64,000 nucleotides of DNA. Source: Narcine bancroftii. Lineage: Eukaryota. Made by a program: the position numbers and the translations under genes. The notes under the pieces were generated by a model. That model searched no databases, was not told the origin of the DNA, and saw only the letters and a program-made list of their open reading frames with translations. This document shows, in pieces, positions 48,320-61,743 of this stretch. The stretch is from NCBI RefSeq assembly GCF_036971445.1, contig NC_091470.1:142042001-142106000 (forward strand), read 5' to 3'. Positions within the stretch are counted from its first letter, which is position 1. Each line of letters opens with the position of its first letter.

Positions 48320-49421
48320 TTACTTATCTACTATTCCTTTAACTGCTTGCATCAAAATGTTAGCCTTTGCTTTCTGCTTATCCTCAGATGTCTGGACAAA
48401 TGCTTTTTGTGCGATCTGTAGAAGCTGGGTTTTTCCCTGCTCATGCCAATTTTCTGTCTTTTGTAATTTTCTTCTAATGTCTGGGGCTGAGTTGGTAACA
48501 AAACCTGTTAGTACCAATTGTTCCCCTGCTGGGGATTCTATGTCGAGACCCCCATATTGTATATATATTTGGTCCCAAAAATTGGTCTAATAGTTCGGCA
48601 CATCCCTGGGGATCTTCTATCAGGGAGGTAATTTCTCTCTTAAAGTTACGCACTTCAGTACTGGTCAGGGGCACATTTACGAAACCGAGACCCTCTCCCA
48701 CGGGAACTTCCCGCAGTGGTCTCATCCAGTTGGTTTCTGGCTTATTAGGTCTGGGTTCCTGCTCCCTGGGAAATGAATCAAAGGGTTCTCCCCTTTCTTC
48801 CTGAAGAGTCTCACACTGTTCTGAATTAAAGTTACCTCTCTCTCCTGTCAACAGAGGTGGTAATCGAGTGCTTTGTGAGCGAGTCATCATACCACTCCTA
48901 TTCTCTTCTCTTTTCTCTAGCTGTGGGGGAGGAGAGGAAGGTGCAGAAGGGTAGGGCATAGGAGGGGGAGGAAAGATAAGAGCCGGCATAGGAGGAACAT
49001 AAGGTGGAGGGAGGGAATGTAGCACATCCCACCCCTGTGATTCAGGGACAAAAGGTTCCTCCTTTCTCTTATCCCTGAGTTCTTTCTCCTTCAAAACCAG
49101 TTGGTCAATGGGTCCCTTGAGCCAGCAGGCTGCATATTCCCTGCTCTCAACATTGTCCCTCTGGTTTTGATAGAGCCAGATGTTCAAAGCTTGACACATC
49201 CAGTCATCCTCGGATCCGAACTTTGGCCAGTACACGGAGCTCCCTTTAACCGTGCTTTTAACCCATTCAATACAACAATACCTGACCATTGTCAGTTTGT
49301 CTTTCCCACGGGTCCTTCCCGTGCCCCACTCAGATAACATCAACCCAAGCGGGCTGTACGTAGCTATCTGGTTTTCACATCCTGTACCAGGACTCTCTTC
49401 CTTGCTACTCATACTTCCCAT
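48320..49421 (-). pseudogene. gag: ERV gag (MA, PPPY late domain, partial CA), internally deleted/frameshifted
   Basis: ATG at 49421 gives MGS (myristoylation-type); SPLGLML..YCCIEW..WPKFGS matrix; LPPPYVP; PLREVP..VNVPLTSTEVRNFK..EDPQ capsid; FVTNSAPDIRRKLQK in the next frame. Confidence 0.9.
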
Positions 49422-49626
49422 ACTGATAGGCAATTAAAATTCCTCTTACCGGGTTCTAGTAGCAATGTTCTAGCGCGCTTCCTCCCGTTGTTTGTTCTCA
49501 ATGCCTCTTCTCGAATATCATTCGCTTCTTCCACTGACCAGCTACCCGTCGTCCGTGAGTCCAGCTGAATCAGCTGGGGTGCACCTACTCTCGTCGTCGG
49601 GGCACTCTGTCAGTGGAGGGAGTGTG

Positions 49627-49644
49627 ATCCCGGACGAGCCCCCA
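49627..49644 (-). promoter_or_regulatory. Primer binding site, tRNA-Pro
   Basis: Minus strand reads TGGGGGCTCGTCCGGGAT, the MLV-type Pro PBS, 2 nt from the 5' LTR end. Confidence 0.95.
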
Positions 49645-49646
49645 TT

Positions 49647-50342
49647 TGTAGAAACAGAATTTACCTTTAAAGAAATTGCTCGAGACAAATATTGAGAACA
49701 AAGAACATTTATTATAATAACAATGCAAAGTTGGGTGCTTCCCCTTACCTTGGGAATACACACATACACTGGGGCTCACCCAACTTTTATACAGTAAATT
49801 TCAGTATCAGAATACCCTCCCCCTTACATTCTTCTGCCCCCTGGATGGGTTTGGCAGAGGCAATCCTTCCTGCCTACGTGCAGTTTCAGTATACTTGGAG
49901 GACCAGGGAAAATCCTGTCGGTGTCCCTTCATGTTATTGTCCTTATTCACACCTTCCTGATTCTCAGAGCTACAGTCTCTTGGTATGTAGAGTTGGCTCA
50001 TCCTGTCTAGGGTTGGCTAATTTAATATGTATAAATCTGTGAAAGGTTAACTAATTAGATATATAGGACTTGGTACTTCTGTCTAGGGCTAGGAGACCCT
50101 TATCTGTTCCAAACTACCTCAACTTCCTACATTCTATTGTTCCTTACCACTCCTTATCTTAGTCTTATGGTGGCTCTTGTCACAAAGACTAGAAGATTCT
50201 TATGTTAATCATGCTGACTCTGCTTTCCTGCATCCTAATTCCCAAGCTCATCCTGCTTGTACTGGTTACAGCCATTAACTGATGTATGAATTTCAGTTTC
50301 CTTCATGTTCATAATTTTAGATCAGTTTTCCCATCTCTCACA
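49647..50342 (-). repeat. ERV 5' LTR
   Basis: Direct repeat of 43290-43986, about 98% identical by eye; followed by the PBS on the minus strand. Confidence 0.95.
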
Positions 50343-51352
50343 GAGATGTCTGGTTGAATGGACATGAGAGAGAATGGGTTACAGGGAAATAGTTGGAGGA
50401 ACGGTCATGTTGGAGGGATGAATTGTTCGTATATTGTCACCTGCACATAGATGCACTAACATTCTTTGTTTTGCGAGCTATCCAGGCAAGTCAACTTGTG
50501 CAGCAATAAACATTGTGCAGTGTGTCGCGTTACTGTAAGAGTGCAGGGTTGCAGAGACACTGTGTAGGGTATTTGGAAAAGTACATTTAAGTACAGGGGC
50601 GTAATTGTTGGATCATGGATGCTTCTCTTCAACCAGCTCCATACCATTCATGAATATTTCAACATATCAATAAAGTATTCATTAAAATGTTTCATGAACT
50701 AACAGCAGAACTGCTGCCAGCAATGTGCTTGGGATGAATTGAATAATTTAAGGGCATTAAAACTATATATGTGCAAGTCTCTCCGGATCAGATATTAATG
50801 ATTTCATGGCAACATCTATATTTCCTAGAAAACATTCCTCTTTCATCAACACTGCCAAGTTCAGGTTCACTAACATTTCACATCACTCAGTTTGTGGGAT
50901 CATCTTCTGCCAGGTTTGCCACCTTTACAACAAAATTGAAATCAAGGAGATATGTTTGAGAGCTGGAATAAAATCAGATTAGCCACCTGTGGACACAGAT
51001 AATCTCAGGACAGTTCCTCTGATCTGTCACCAATTGGTCTGCCATCTTGCACTGGAGATGTTCCAAGAACACACTTCCAAGCAGCCAAGCCAAAATCTTG
51101 AGGCTGGCATCTGTTGCTGATAGCAATCCAACTTAATCTCTGCATCTCAATCTTAACCTCCCACTCTGTGGGGCCATGATTTAGAAACCACGAAGCAATA
51201 CTAAAGTGGCCATTCAGCCCATTGTACAATGCCAACTACTGGTGGAACCATTTCATCAATCCTATTCTTTTAACTGTTTCCCCTCTTCTTTATAACTTTT
51301 AATGATTCAGTTTCCATATCCCTCATATACAGTGAGTTCCAGCTTAGCACTT

Positions 51353-51893
51353 ATAACCATATAACCATATAACCACTTACAGCACAGAACAGGCCAGTTC
51401 AGCCCTACTAGTCCATGCCTTAGCAAATCCCCACCCTCCTAGTCCCACTGATCAGCACCCGGTCCATCCCCTCCTATCCATGTAACGATCCAGTCTTTCC
51501 TTATATGTAACCAATGATCCCGCCTCGACCATGTCTGCCGGAAGCTCATTCCACATCCCCACCACCCTCTGCGTAAAGAAATTTCCCCTCATGTTCCCCT
51601 TATAATTTTCCCCCTTCAATCTTAAACCATGTCCTCTAGTTTGAATCTCCCCCTTTCTTAATTGAAAAAGCCTATCCACATTTACTCTGTCTGTCCCTTT
51701 TAAAATCTTAAACACCTCTATCAAGTCCCCTCTCAATCTTCTACGCTCCAGAGAAAAAAGCCCCAGTCTGCACAACCTTTCCCTGTAACTCAGACCCTGA
51801 AATCCTGTCAACATTCTCGTGAACCTTCTCTGCACTCTCTCTATTTTGTTTATATCTTTCCTATAATTTGGTGACCAAAACTGTACACAGTAC
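51353..51893 (-). mobile_element. Young CR1 LINE 3' end
   Basis: Open frame YCVQFWSPNYRKDINKIERVQRRFTRM...RGNFFTQRVV; octamer tail (TAACCATA)n at ~51353-51375. Confidence 0.9.
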
Positions 51894-53670
51894 ATGAAGA
51901 TTTCCCACACTTCTTGTATCTTTTGATCCACACTTTTAAATTATGCATCGAATAGTGGGAGCATTGTTTACTTGACCTGTCTAAACCCAAGAGTTCTGAT
52001 GGGCTGTATTCTGGCTCCCAAGGTCAAGTCCAGTAGCATACGGTGGTTTTCTAGTGTTCAGCTTGAATGGATGAATATTTTGGAGGGTCACTCAGGGTTG
52101 TGTTGGGCTGTGCTTAGTTCAATAATTTTTCCAGCTCAGGATGGTTTTTTGATTACATTACAGCATCTGTCCTCATCAGCAAGATACACACTAATGCCTC
52201 TGGGTAGGATGGGATCAGGTTAGGTGGGTGGAATGGTTTGGGGTGGACAGGAGTCAGGTCAGACAGATGAGGTGGACTGAGTTTGATTCAGAGGAAGTGT
52301 GGGCTTTGATTTTGAGTTGGGTTTGGATCAGCCATTGAGGAGATTTAATTTTATACCTGAGTGGTGCTCACTTTTACAGCTCTGCCAGGTCTCTTCCAAA
52401 GCTTCCACCATCTAACTTATTAATTGCAATTTTAACACCAATTATATCAATATCTCTGAGAAATTTGGAAGTTCAACACTTACAAACAAGAATGATCCCT
52501 TCCTGATTTATCTCCCACCTCTTTCCAATTTTGCTGTGTGCTCCACATTGATCACTGGTCCTCCACTTCACTTGATTTTTAAAAAATACTTGATGCTTTC
52601 AGATTTTTGGCCTTAATCCCTTGCATCTTAAATACTGAGAGTGATTTTCATAAATTAAGTTTGTAATCCCATCACGAACCTCTATTCAAGGAAGCTTAAA
52701 ACTCCCTGGATTTACCTTCAATGGAAAGATTCTTTAGTCTCTAAAAGAGCCTTGGATATAAATTAAAGTTGAGCAAATTGGATTTGATCCAAGCTATTAC
52801 ATGAAAAATATTTCTCCCATCTTTTGCTGGTGAACCACCTGTTATCCTCATCCTAGCTGCTGTATGGCAATCTTTCCTCACTTCCTGATGCAGGGTCTCA
52901 GCTTGAGACAGTGACATGTGTCCTTTGTCTCCATGGACTTTGCATGATCAGCTGAGTTCTTCTGTTTGCTGTGTAAATGATGAGCTCATTGGGTGTATGG
53001 CTGACTCAGAACACTGACGTGAAGAGCCTGGCCAGTGTGTTACCAATGAGGCTGCCTCACCTGGAAATAATTACTAGGGCAATTTATCTCAATTAACTCA
53101 ACTTTGTGAGATTTACTCATTATAAACGCACACTATATGATTTGATTTCTGAGCATCTAAGCTGCTTTCTTCATCTGAAAGTGAGAGTGTTTACACTTGC
53201 AGTGTGATTGATGACTACAATCTTTTGTCAGGAGATGCAGACTTGGGATGTTTGATAATAAATCATGAGTCAGGAGTGGCCAATTTTTAAATTTTTAATT
53301 TAGACAACAAGCCATTTTGGCCTGTGGTGTAGGTTGATTGGATGGTGCAGGCTCGTGGGCTGAAATGGCCTGTTACTGTGCTGTATAAATTAGAAATTAA
53401 AAGGTTGGCCACCCCTGGTCTACAGTAAATCACTCTCATCTTTAATGCTAGATTTAATCTCATTAATAAGTTCCAAACCGATACCAAATTAGTTCAGTTA
53501 CAGCTTAGTGATTATTTTGAGGAATGGAGATAATGAACAGAATTGAAACTGTTTATCATGTTGCTATTTTTAACTTTGATTTTGACAGAAATTGATTTTG
53601 AAATTACAAAATAACATTTAGAACATAAAAAAGGCTTATCTTCCACAATTACTAGCAGTAATGAAGCAAG

Positions 53671-53922
53671 TGTAATGGGTTGAGCTCAGTGAGCAGAACT
53701 GATTTATTGCAGGCTGCTGGGCTGGAGTTATACTCCCAGCCCGGACCTGGCTGAGAACCGCGTTTGGGGGCGCTGATGTCACCCGGGCGTCACGTGGTCC
53801 CCCAGTGTGGGCTTCTGTGCTGAGAAGAAGGGGAAACCCCCAATGGTGCCATTTTGGCCGGCTGCCCCGCCGTGTGGATTACAAGCGGGGCTGGTTCACC
53901 TGCCTAGTGGTGTGCCGCCACA
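53671..53922 (-). mobile_element. Short solo LTR (252 bp, TG...CA, TSD CAAG)
   Basis: CAAG at 53667-53670 and 53923-53926; minus-strand AATAAA at ~53703; CpG-rich interior. Confidence 0.75.
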
Positions 53923-53979
53923 CAAGCTCTTTTAGAGGATATGCTTTCATTCTGGCCAAGAGTTCGAAACAATTTTGGG

Positions 53980-54300
53980 ATGAATCGGAATCAGAATTTA
54001 TTGTCGTGAACATGATGTGAAATCTGTTGCTTTGCAGCAGCTTCACAGTGAAAACAGCTATAAATTATATTTTTTAAAAAATAAGTAAGTGCAAAAATAA
54101 GAGAAAGTGAGGTAGTGCCTGTGGTTCATGGCCCATTCAGAAATCTGATGGCAGAGGTAAAGAAGCTGTCCTATGCCGCTGAGTGTTCGTCTTCAGGCTC
54201 CTGTACCTCCTTCCTGATGGTAGCAGAGTGAAGAGGGCATGGCCTGGGTGGTGGGGGTCTTTGAGTTCGAGGCTGCTTTCTTACGACACCACCTCTTGCA
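53980..54300 (-). mobile_element. Rex1-type LINE 3' fragment
   Basis: aatcagaatttattgtc tail plus cttcaggctcctgtacctccttcctgatgg (LPSGRRYRSLK on minus); related fragments at ~57880-58210 and 60000-60770. Confidence 0.65.
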
Positions 54301-55919
54301 AATGTTGCAACATTGGTAACAAATGGTGGGATGGGGGAAGCAGTTAGTGGATAAACATTGCTGTCTGTGTGGAGTTTGTACATTCTCCTTGTGAGTTTCT
54401 CCCAGTGCTTTGGTTTCCTTCTACAGAAGGGTCAGGATGGGTTGGTTTCCCAATAATGGACTTCTGGATGCAACTCTGAACCTGACAGTCAGCCTTCATG
54501 CTGACAAAAATAGACCTTTGTGCCATGAGAAATATTGAGTCAAGATCAGAGCAGTGTTCGCATTCTCCCTGATCTCCACCCCATGCCCAGTGAGAAAGAT
54601 CAGACCCTTCCCACAGGGGCCAAGGAAGAGATGGCTGAAACTTGATAGGGGTGTCTCTGGGCAAACATTGTACATATGGCCAGTGAGTCACTGAGCGTTT
54701 ATCCCTATCTCACTCTCTCCTTGAAGTGATTCAGACCCTGACCAGGCCACAGTTTACAGCTGTTGTTCAATTTCTTTACAATCATACAGACACAATTTTT
54801 AATGAAAACTTTTTACCCCATTTAAAATCGACTTCCTTTTGGGAATTCAAACCTGATATTTAGGAATCAGGTGGTCTTTGTACTTCACACTTTCCATTGT
54901 CTGAGGCTTTTCTGGTGGACTTTATGGCGTGACTTTCCTGCCAGACTGCACCATGGTTATACTCATTCATAGACTGGGGTGGGGGATTTGGTTCGATTTG
55001 CCTGTGCTCGGCTCCTATAATGGCCATTCTTTTATCCTCTGGCACAATGCAGAGGACCCAACAAGCTGACCTTTCATACTCCAGAGCCCTTTGAAATGTC
55101 TCTTATGGATAGGAACTTTTATTAAAAAAAACTTTTGATTGTGCAGTAAAAACTTCAGAAGGATGTTCCTGAGGTTGGAGGGTTTGGGTGAAAGGAGTAT
55201 TAGACATGCTAAGATGTTTTCCGTTGAGAGCAGGAGTGCGGGGTGTGACTGTGTGGAGGTTTATAGAATCATGAGGGGCATAGATAAGGTAAATAGTCAT
55301 AGAAGTTCTCCCAGTATAGGTGGATCTAACACTGGAGGGGTAGATGTAGGGCAAGAGGGGAAATATTTAAGGGGCAGTGGGTCTGACACAGGAAGTGATG
55401 CAAGCAGGGATAATTGTCATATTCAAAAGGTATTTAGACAGGCAGAAGGATAGAAAAGGTTTAGGGGGATATGGGCCGAGTGCAGGCAATTGGAATGAGA
55501 TTGTGCAGGGACAAGATGGACCAAAGGGCCTGTTCATGCCACAGAGCACCAAAGTTCATAGAAGGCATTTTACGGAGCTCAGTTTAAACATTTTAATGCC
55601 AAAGAATGTAAAGGCAATGACAACCTGCATTTAAGCCAGCATTGATAGGGTTGAATGGAAGTGTTTCTGAACCTTGGCCTCCCCCCACCATCTTTCCCCT
55701 ATATCTGGCCCATTCTCTTCTCTTTCCTCTCTCCCACCCTCTATCTGCCCATTACCCACACCTTCTGTTTTTCTCTCCAGCCCCACCCCTTCCCTCCCTC
55801 CCTCCACTTCCTGCCACTTCTGTCCAGGCCCCACGCCACCCTTCCCCTTTCCCCCCTCCAGCTCCCAACCATCTCCTTCCCTCAGAGTACACCTTCTTCA
55901 GCCCTCAATTAAAAAAAAA

Positions 55920-56655
55920 TGTTGGTGCTGCCAGAGATGGTGTAATGGTAGCGCTGCCACTGGTGTGGACCCGTGAGGAGTGGAGACGCAGTGCTCCCAC
56001 AGGGTCTGATAAAGGAGGTGATGGTAGTTTTATTTAAAATCCTGTGACCGCGATGTCTGACCCAAGATGGCAGTGCCTCTGATCGCCAGCAGCCACGAGG
56101 GTTTGCGGACTCCAGGGAAGTGGAAGACTGGGACAGGGCACCAGAAAATAGGGAGACCATCCTCTGTCTGAGAAGGAAAAACAGAGGAGACGAACCACAA
56201 GGCGGTGACCACGGTGGCAGACCAATAAGGGGTTCTGTTGCTGAAGGACTCACGCATGTGACAGGCTGCTGGTCACAAGGCAAGGAACCCACGCAGGCTG
56301 TGGGCTGCTGGATACTGTGCTCGAGGGGCTCACACCAGGTTGCAGACAGCTGGAGGCTGGCTCAAAACTGGCTGAAGGGGTACCAAGTATTGGAACTAAT
56401 GGTATTGGAGGTTCGAATCTGGACTCGGGTTGCCGATGGTTTGGACCGGACTCTGTGCATCTGCGGAGGCTGCAGGAGTGCTAGAGGTGAATCCACAGAC
56501 ACTTGGTGACTCTGGGGGGAACTCTTTTGTTTCTCTTTCTCTGACTAAGAGGTGCTTCAGGCAATTTCTGCTGATGGTAAATCTATCTGCCTTACAGCAA
56601 ACAAAAACAATTTCATGTAATTGTAATGATCCTGTTTTATTATATGACAATAATT
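55920..56655 (+). mobile_element. Unclassified interspersed repeat with a LINE-like 3' end
   Basis: 3' end (ctgccttacagc...aatttcatgtaat...atgacaataa) matches in reverse the sequence split by the RTE at ~33610 and ~35470-35510. Confidence 0.45.
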
Positions 56656-57494
56656 GAAACTTTTACTTTTTCCCCATTCCCCCCTCGTCCTCACCTATCA
56701 CCTTCCAGCCTGTGCTCCTCTCCCTTCTGCCTCCTCTGGTTTTTCATTCAGGGTCTGTCCATTTATTGCTATTCCTGAGGAGGGGTTTTGGCCTGAAACG
56801 TTCTGTCCGTTGCTTTACGTGATGCTACACTCCTCTGGCACTGTGTGTGTTGCTCCAATTCTCCAGCACCTGCTGTCGCTCTTGATCACCAAAGGGTTAA
56901 CATGTTATCTGTTATCAGCCCAAGGCATGGGGGATGATCTGTTAATGACTGCTCAAGGTCACAAATGAACTAAGCTTGGCAAATAGCATTCATTGTCATA
57001 ATTCACCATATCCTGTCAAAATTTTCAGTGCATTTTAATGCCAGGAGCAAAGCATTGGCAATATTGTTCTGATCAAATCGATTGCAATGATGGGAACTTT
57101 AATCAGCTGGTAACTAACACATTCACCGAGGCTATTCTGCAGAGGCTCACCTCTTCTCAAATCTATTATTTGGGTGTTTCAAAGTTGTGAAATGCCACAA
57201 TCTTATTCTTCTCACTGCATTAAACTCTCTTGAACAAATGTGTGTCACACGCAGACAGTTTATGAACGGGCTTGCATTGAGATCATCACAAAATTAGAAG
57301 AAAATAAATGTCTTAAGTGTCACCCAGAAAATATTATACTGTGGGAATAAATAATAGCATGGAAGAGAAAGGAGTGATTCAGCGGCTACTGACAAAGAGC
57401 CGCAGAGAAACCAATGGCTGATATCTGGCCAGCTCTCCACGAGTCATGGTGTCACTCGCACTACATTGTGTTAAATTCTCCACAAGCCAATCTT

Positions 57495-57870
57495 TTTAAC
57501 CAAAAATAGACTTTATTCACAGCAAATTATTTTACAAAAAGAAAATCGTACAAAGTCTCTACTCACCCTTAGTTTTGTATCCATACATTTCCATAGCTGT
57601 GCTTTGCTCTCTATTTACACTATTGTCACCACTGTGGCATCCTGTTGTTTCTTTCCCCCACCACCACCTTTGTTGGTTGAAGGACTTCCCCTTGGTCGCA
57701 ACCTCTCAATGCCCAGTGAAGACTGTGGTCCTTCCTCACAGCGCCCTTGTGTTGGCTGTGCTATGCCTCAGCATGGAATGTGGCAGTGGGCAGCATTCCC
57801 TCACCAATATCTCTGTGCTGGAAGACTAGCAAGTTTCAAGCATACCAAATGGCATCTTTCACTGGATTAA
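57495..57870 (-). mobile_element. Probable Tx1/L1-like LINE 3' fragment
   Basis: Minus-strand GAATAAAGTCTATTTTTGG tail and ORF2-end-like sequence; family assignment tentative. Confidence 0.35.
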
Positions 57871-60800
57871 CCATCCTCCAGTGGACTCACAAGCAATACA
57901 TATGCAGGAAAAATAAATAAAAATAGTTTAACAAATATAATTATCTTGGGTGGTTAAGTGTGAGCAGTTCCTTTGGTCATTTAGCAGTGAAGAAGCTGAT
58001 CCCCCTAGTGGTGCTGGTTCTGATACGACTGTATCTCTTCCCCGACGGGAGCAGCTGAAAGATGCTGTGTGCAGGGTGGAAGGGGTCTTCAATTATTTTA
58101 TTTCAGACAATGATACCAGAAGATCACATTGATTGGTGGGGGGGGGGGGGGGGGAGGAGGGAGACCCCAGTGATCCTCTCTGCCACTCTCATGGTCTTGT
58201 GGATTGACCTGTGGAGAGTCAGAACAGCTGGAGTTCAGAAGGATGAGGGGGGACGGACTCTTACAGAGAAATAAACTTATAAAAGGAGATAAGATAGAAT
58301 AAGGCAGGTTTTTTTCCACTGGCTGATGAGACTATTAATAGGGGACAGATTCAGGGGAATAGACTTAAGAGTCGCGAATCTGGAACTCTCTGCCAAATGA
58401 AGGAGTGAAGTCTGCCTCATGAGGATGTACAGGAGTGGAACTGAGTCCAAATTAGCCATGATGGTATTGAATAGTGGAGCAGGCTTGTTGAGCCGGGTGG
58501 TTGACTCCTGCTCCTGGTTCTTATAATCTTATGGGCAAAAAGGTGGTTTGGGTGGGTCTGGGCTTGTGCTGTACTTATAAAATAGGTGTCAATATCAGAA
58601 ACTGAATTGTCAATCTGTTTTGAAGACAAACCTGCTATTTTATCAGCAAGAGTGAATTTATTTTTATTTTCATATTATCTTGTGGCCATTTGGGGAGGTA
58701 CATTGTGGTTAGCACAACGCTATTACAGTGGGAGGAACCTGGGTTGAATCTGCTGCTGTCTGTGAGGAATTTGTACATCCCCGGGTGCTCCAGTTTCCTT
58801 CCACATTCCAAAGATGTATGGCGTTAGTAGGTTAATTGGTCACAGGTGTACTTGGGTGATGTGGGCTCATGGCCCTGAAGGGCCTGTTACCGTGTTGACT
58901 CTAAAAAATTAAATTAAGATGTCTCTGCTGGCTCAGACCAATCCATCAGTTCCTTCCCCACCCATTTTCTGACAGTACCTTCCACCTTGATTCTCCCATC
59001 ATCCTCCTGCACACCAGGGACAATTTACAGCAGCCACCTCCCCCTCTCATCTTCACACCTTTGGGATCTGATGGAAACTGGAGCACCCAGGTAGAACTCT
59101 GTGGCACAGAGGGGGACGTAGAAAGGTGACAGAGATAGCAGTGGAGGTGAGATCACTGGATTTGCAAGGCAGCCCCTTTCCCCGCTGAGTCCATGGCCAG
59201 AATTGGTCGTGAGGCCAATTTATTGTCGTACACCTAAGTACAAAGTACAGATGCAGCAAAATTCTTGCTTGTTGCAGCCATGCAGATACGGAAGACACAC
59301 CAATTACAGAAGTACACGTTAAACCACCCCAACAGAGAGAGAGATGATAAATATAAAGGGCAAATAGATAAATAAATATTCTCAGCTACAGTTAGTGCAA
59401 GAGTACAATCAAACAGAGAAAATGAAATGACCTGCATTGAAGTCTTGTTTTTTATTTTGATCTCATTCAATCCATTTCCAGAAAACAAAGTGAGTGACAT
59501 TCTCCAGGAACTTCATTCTTGCTGGACTCTAATCAGTAGTGTGCAGAGCTGATGATTATTTAATCATTTTGGAATTTGTGGTCCCTGAACCAGTTTCCTG
59601 TGAACAACTTGTCTTTTGGTCCTGTTCTCAGTGAGAGTGAAATGCATAAAAATCTGCAGTCTGGCTTTGAGCCCATACATGTGGTGCCACAGCACGTATT
59701 GAGCTTTCTACAAAGCCATGCCTGGCCCTGCATCAATGCACTCCTTTCTCTCAGGTCACTGCTCCTTGTGGATGCCAGAGTACATCAACATTCTGTGTCA
59801 GTTAAAAGGGACGTGCAGAATATTGCTATTCAGTTCATACATAATTTATTTAAATAGTTTCTATGTTGTCCTGACTGAGAGACAGAATTTGAATGAGCTT
59901 ACCTGTTGAGTTGCGTGAACAATGCATTGATATCAACGGCATAGATCTGCACAGAATCCCAAACACAGTAAAAGAGAGTAATTGACTGAAACAGAACAGA
60001 AGCAGGCCCTTCAGCCCAAGTTTCTGCTGTTTTTGTAATTTATACAGTTCGGAGTTGGAGTGAAAAGGAAGATCAATTAGCACCAAACAATGGTAGCGTG
60101 AGAGCACAAGTTGTGGGGTTCATTCAGGAGCCTGATGTTTGCAGGAAAGAAACTGTCTTTAAGCCTGTTGGAGTGCAATTTCATGCTCTTGATTTTTCTC
60201 CCCAATGGAAGGAGGGAGAAGGGAGTGTGTCTGGGTCTTTCAGTATGACAACTACATTTCTCTGGCAGCAGGAGATTTACATGGAGTTCATGGAGGGAAG
60301 GGAAGTCTGCTTATTCATTACCTTCTGCTCTCAATGGTAACACCTGTAGAAGTTGTTGAGGCACAGGGGACATGTTGAATTTTCTGAGTCTTCTGAGAAA
60401 CTTGAGGCATTGGTGTTGTGTCAATGTACTGTCCTAGGTAAGGTTATTGGAGATGGTTATTCCCAAGAATTTGAAGCCACCTTCTCTCTCCACTTCAGCA
60501 GCAGTAATATGAACAGGGATGTGGACTCTTTCCCCCTCTCTTGAAGCCTGTGATCATCACCTTCATTTTATTGATGTTGAGAAAGAGTTTCTTACCTTGG
60601 CACCATGCCACTGGACTTTCATCCTCCTGTATTCCATCTCATCATTATTTGACACTGGCCCATTTCTGTGGTGGTGTCGGTGAACTTGAAGTTGGAGTTG
60701 GAACAGTATTTAGCTGTATAATGGTGGGTATAGAGAGAGTGTAGTAGGACATCCTTGAGCAGCACGTGTTAGAACATAAGAAATAGCAGCAGGAGTAGGC

Positions 60801-61743
60801 CATCCGGCCTGTCGAGCCTGGTCCGCCATTCAATGAGATCATGGTTGATCTGATGATAGGCTGATCTCTACCTACCTTTTTTTTTTAACTGTATCCCTTA
60901 ATTTCCCCTATAATGCAAAAATTATCCAACATTGTCTTAAATATATTTACTGAGGTCACCTCCACTGCTTCATTGGATGGCAAATTCCACAGATTCACCT
61001 CCCTCTAGAAAAAGCATTTCCTCCTCATCTCCATCTTAAACCTACTACCCTGAATCTTGAGGCAATGTCCTCTAGTTCTAGTTGTTGAGTGTGATTGTGG
61101 AGGAGATGTTGTTCCCTATCTTCACTGATTGCTGACTTCAGATGGGGTCTGGAATGCAGCTGATAGAAAGAGGAACCCATGAATGTTTCACATCATGAAC
61201 ACTTCAGAATGGACAAGAGGGGCAGAATGGCCTTCTACGCTGTAAGTATTAATAATTTCATGATTTCATTGGGTGAATCAACACTGTTTCCCTTTCATGT
61301 TATTTTTTTACTTAGATAGAATAAATAAATGGAACAGTTTTCCTGATTTTATTCTGGAATTACAGAGTGATCCATCTTCCCTGACCTTTGTTTCATGACT
61401 TATTTTCCTGTTTGGACCTCATGAACAGGAGTTGACGTCATTGACCTGGTCAATATTTTCAATTGTTTCCAAGCCAACTGGATCAATATTATGAGTATAA
61501 TATATCTAATTTCTCTTAATATGTCTGGATCAATAAGAGGAAAACAACGTACTGTGGTCTTTTACTGATGCAAGCCCCTCTCATTGTTCTCAGCCAGCCC
61601 TACTTTGGCCAGACATCCCGTCTGAGATGTGCATTGTTCTAAATGACAGAATGATGGTGCACACTGTGCAACCACTTCTTTGGTGGCCTCAGTGAGGGTG
61701 AAGAGACATGATCACATTCACAAGGCCCTCTGACAGTAACACA

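Larger units (their letters stand above)
43290..50342 (-). mobile_element. Endogenous retrovirus (class I, gamma/epsilon-like), internally deleted provirus with two LTRs
   Basis: ~697-bp LTRs at 43290-43986 and 49647-50342 (TG...CA); 4-bp TSD GAGA (43286-43289, 50343-50346); PBS, gag, integrase end, env TM and PPT in correct order on the minus strand; inserted in a SINE. Confidence 0.95.
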
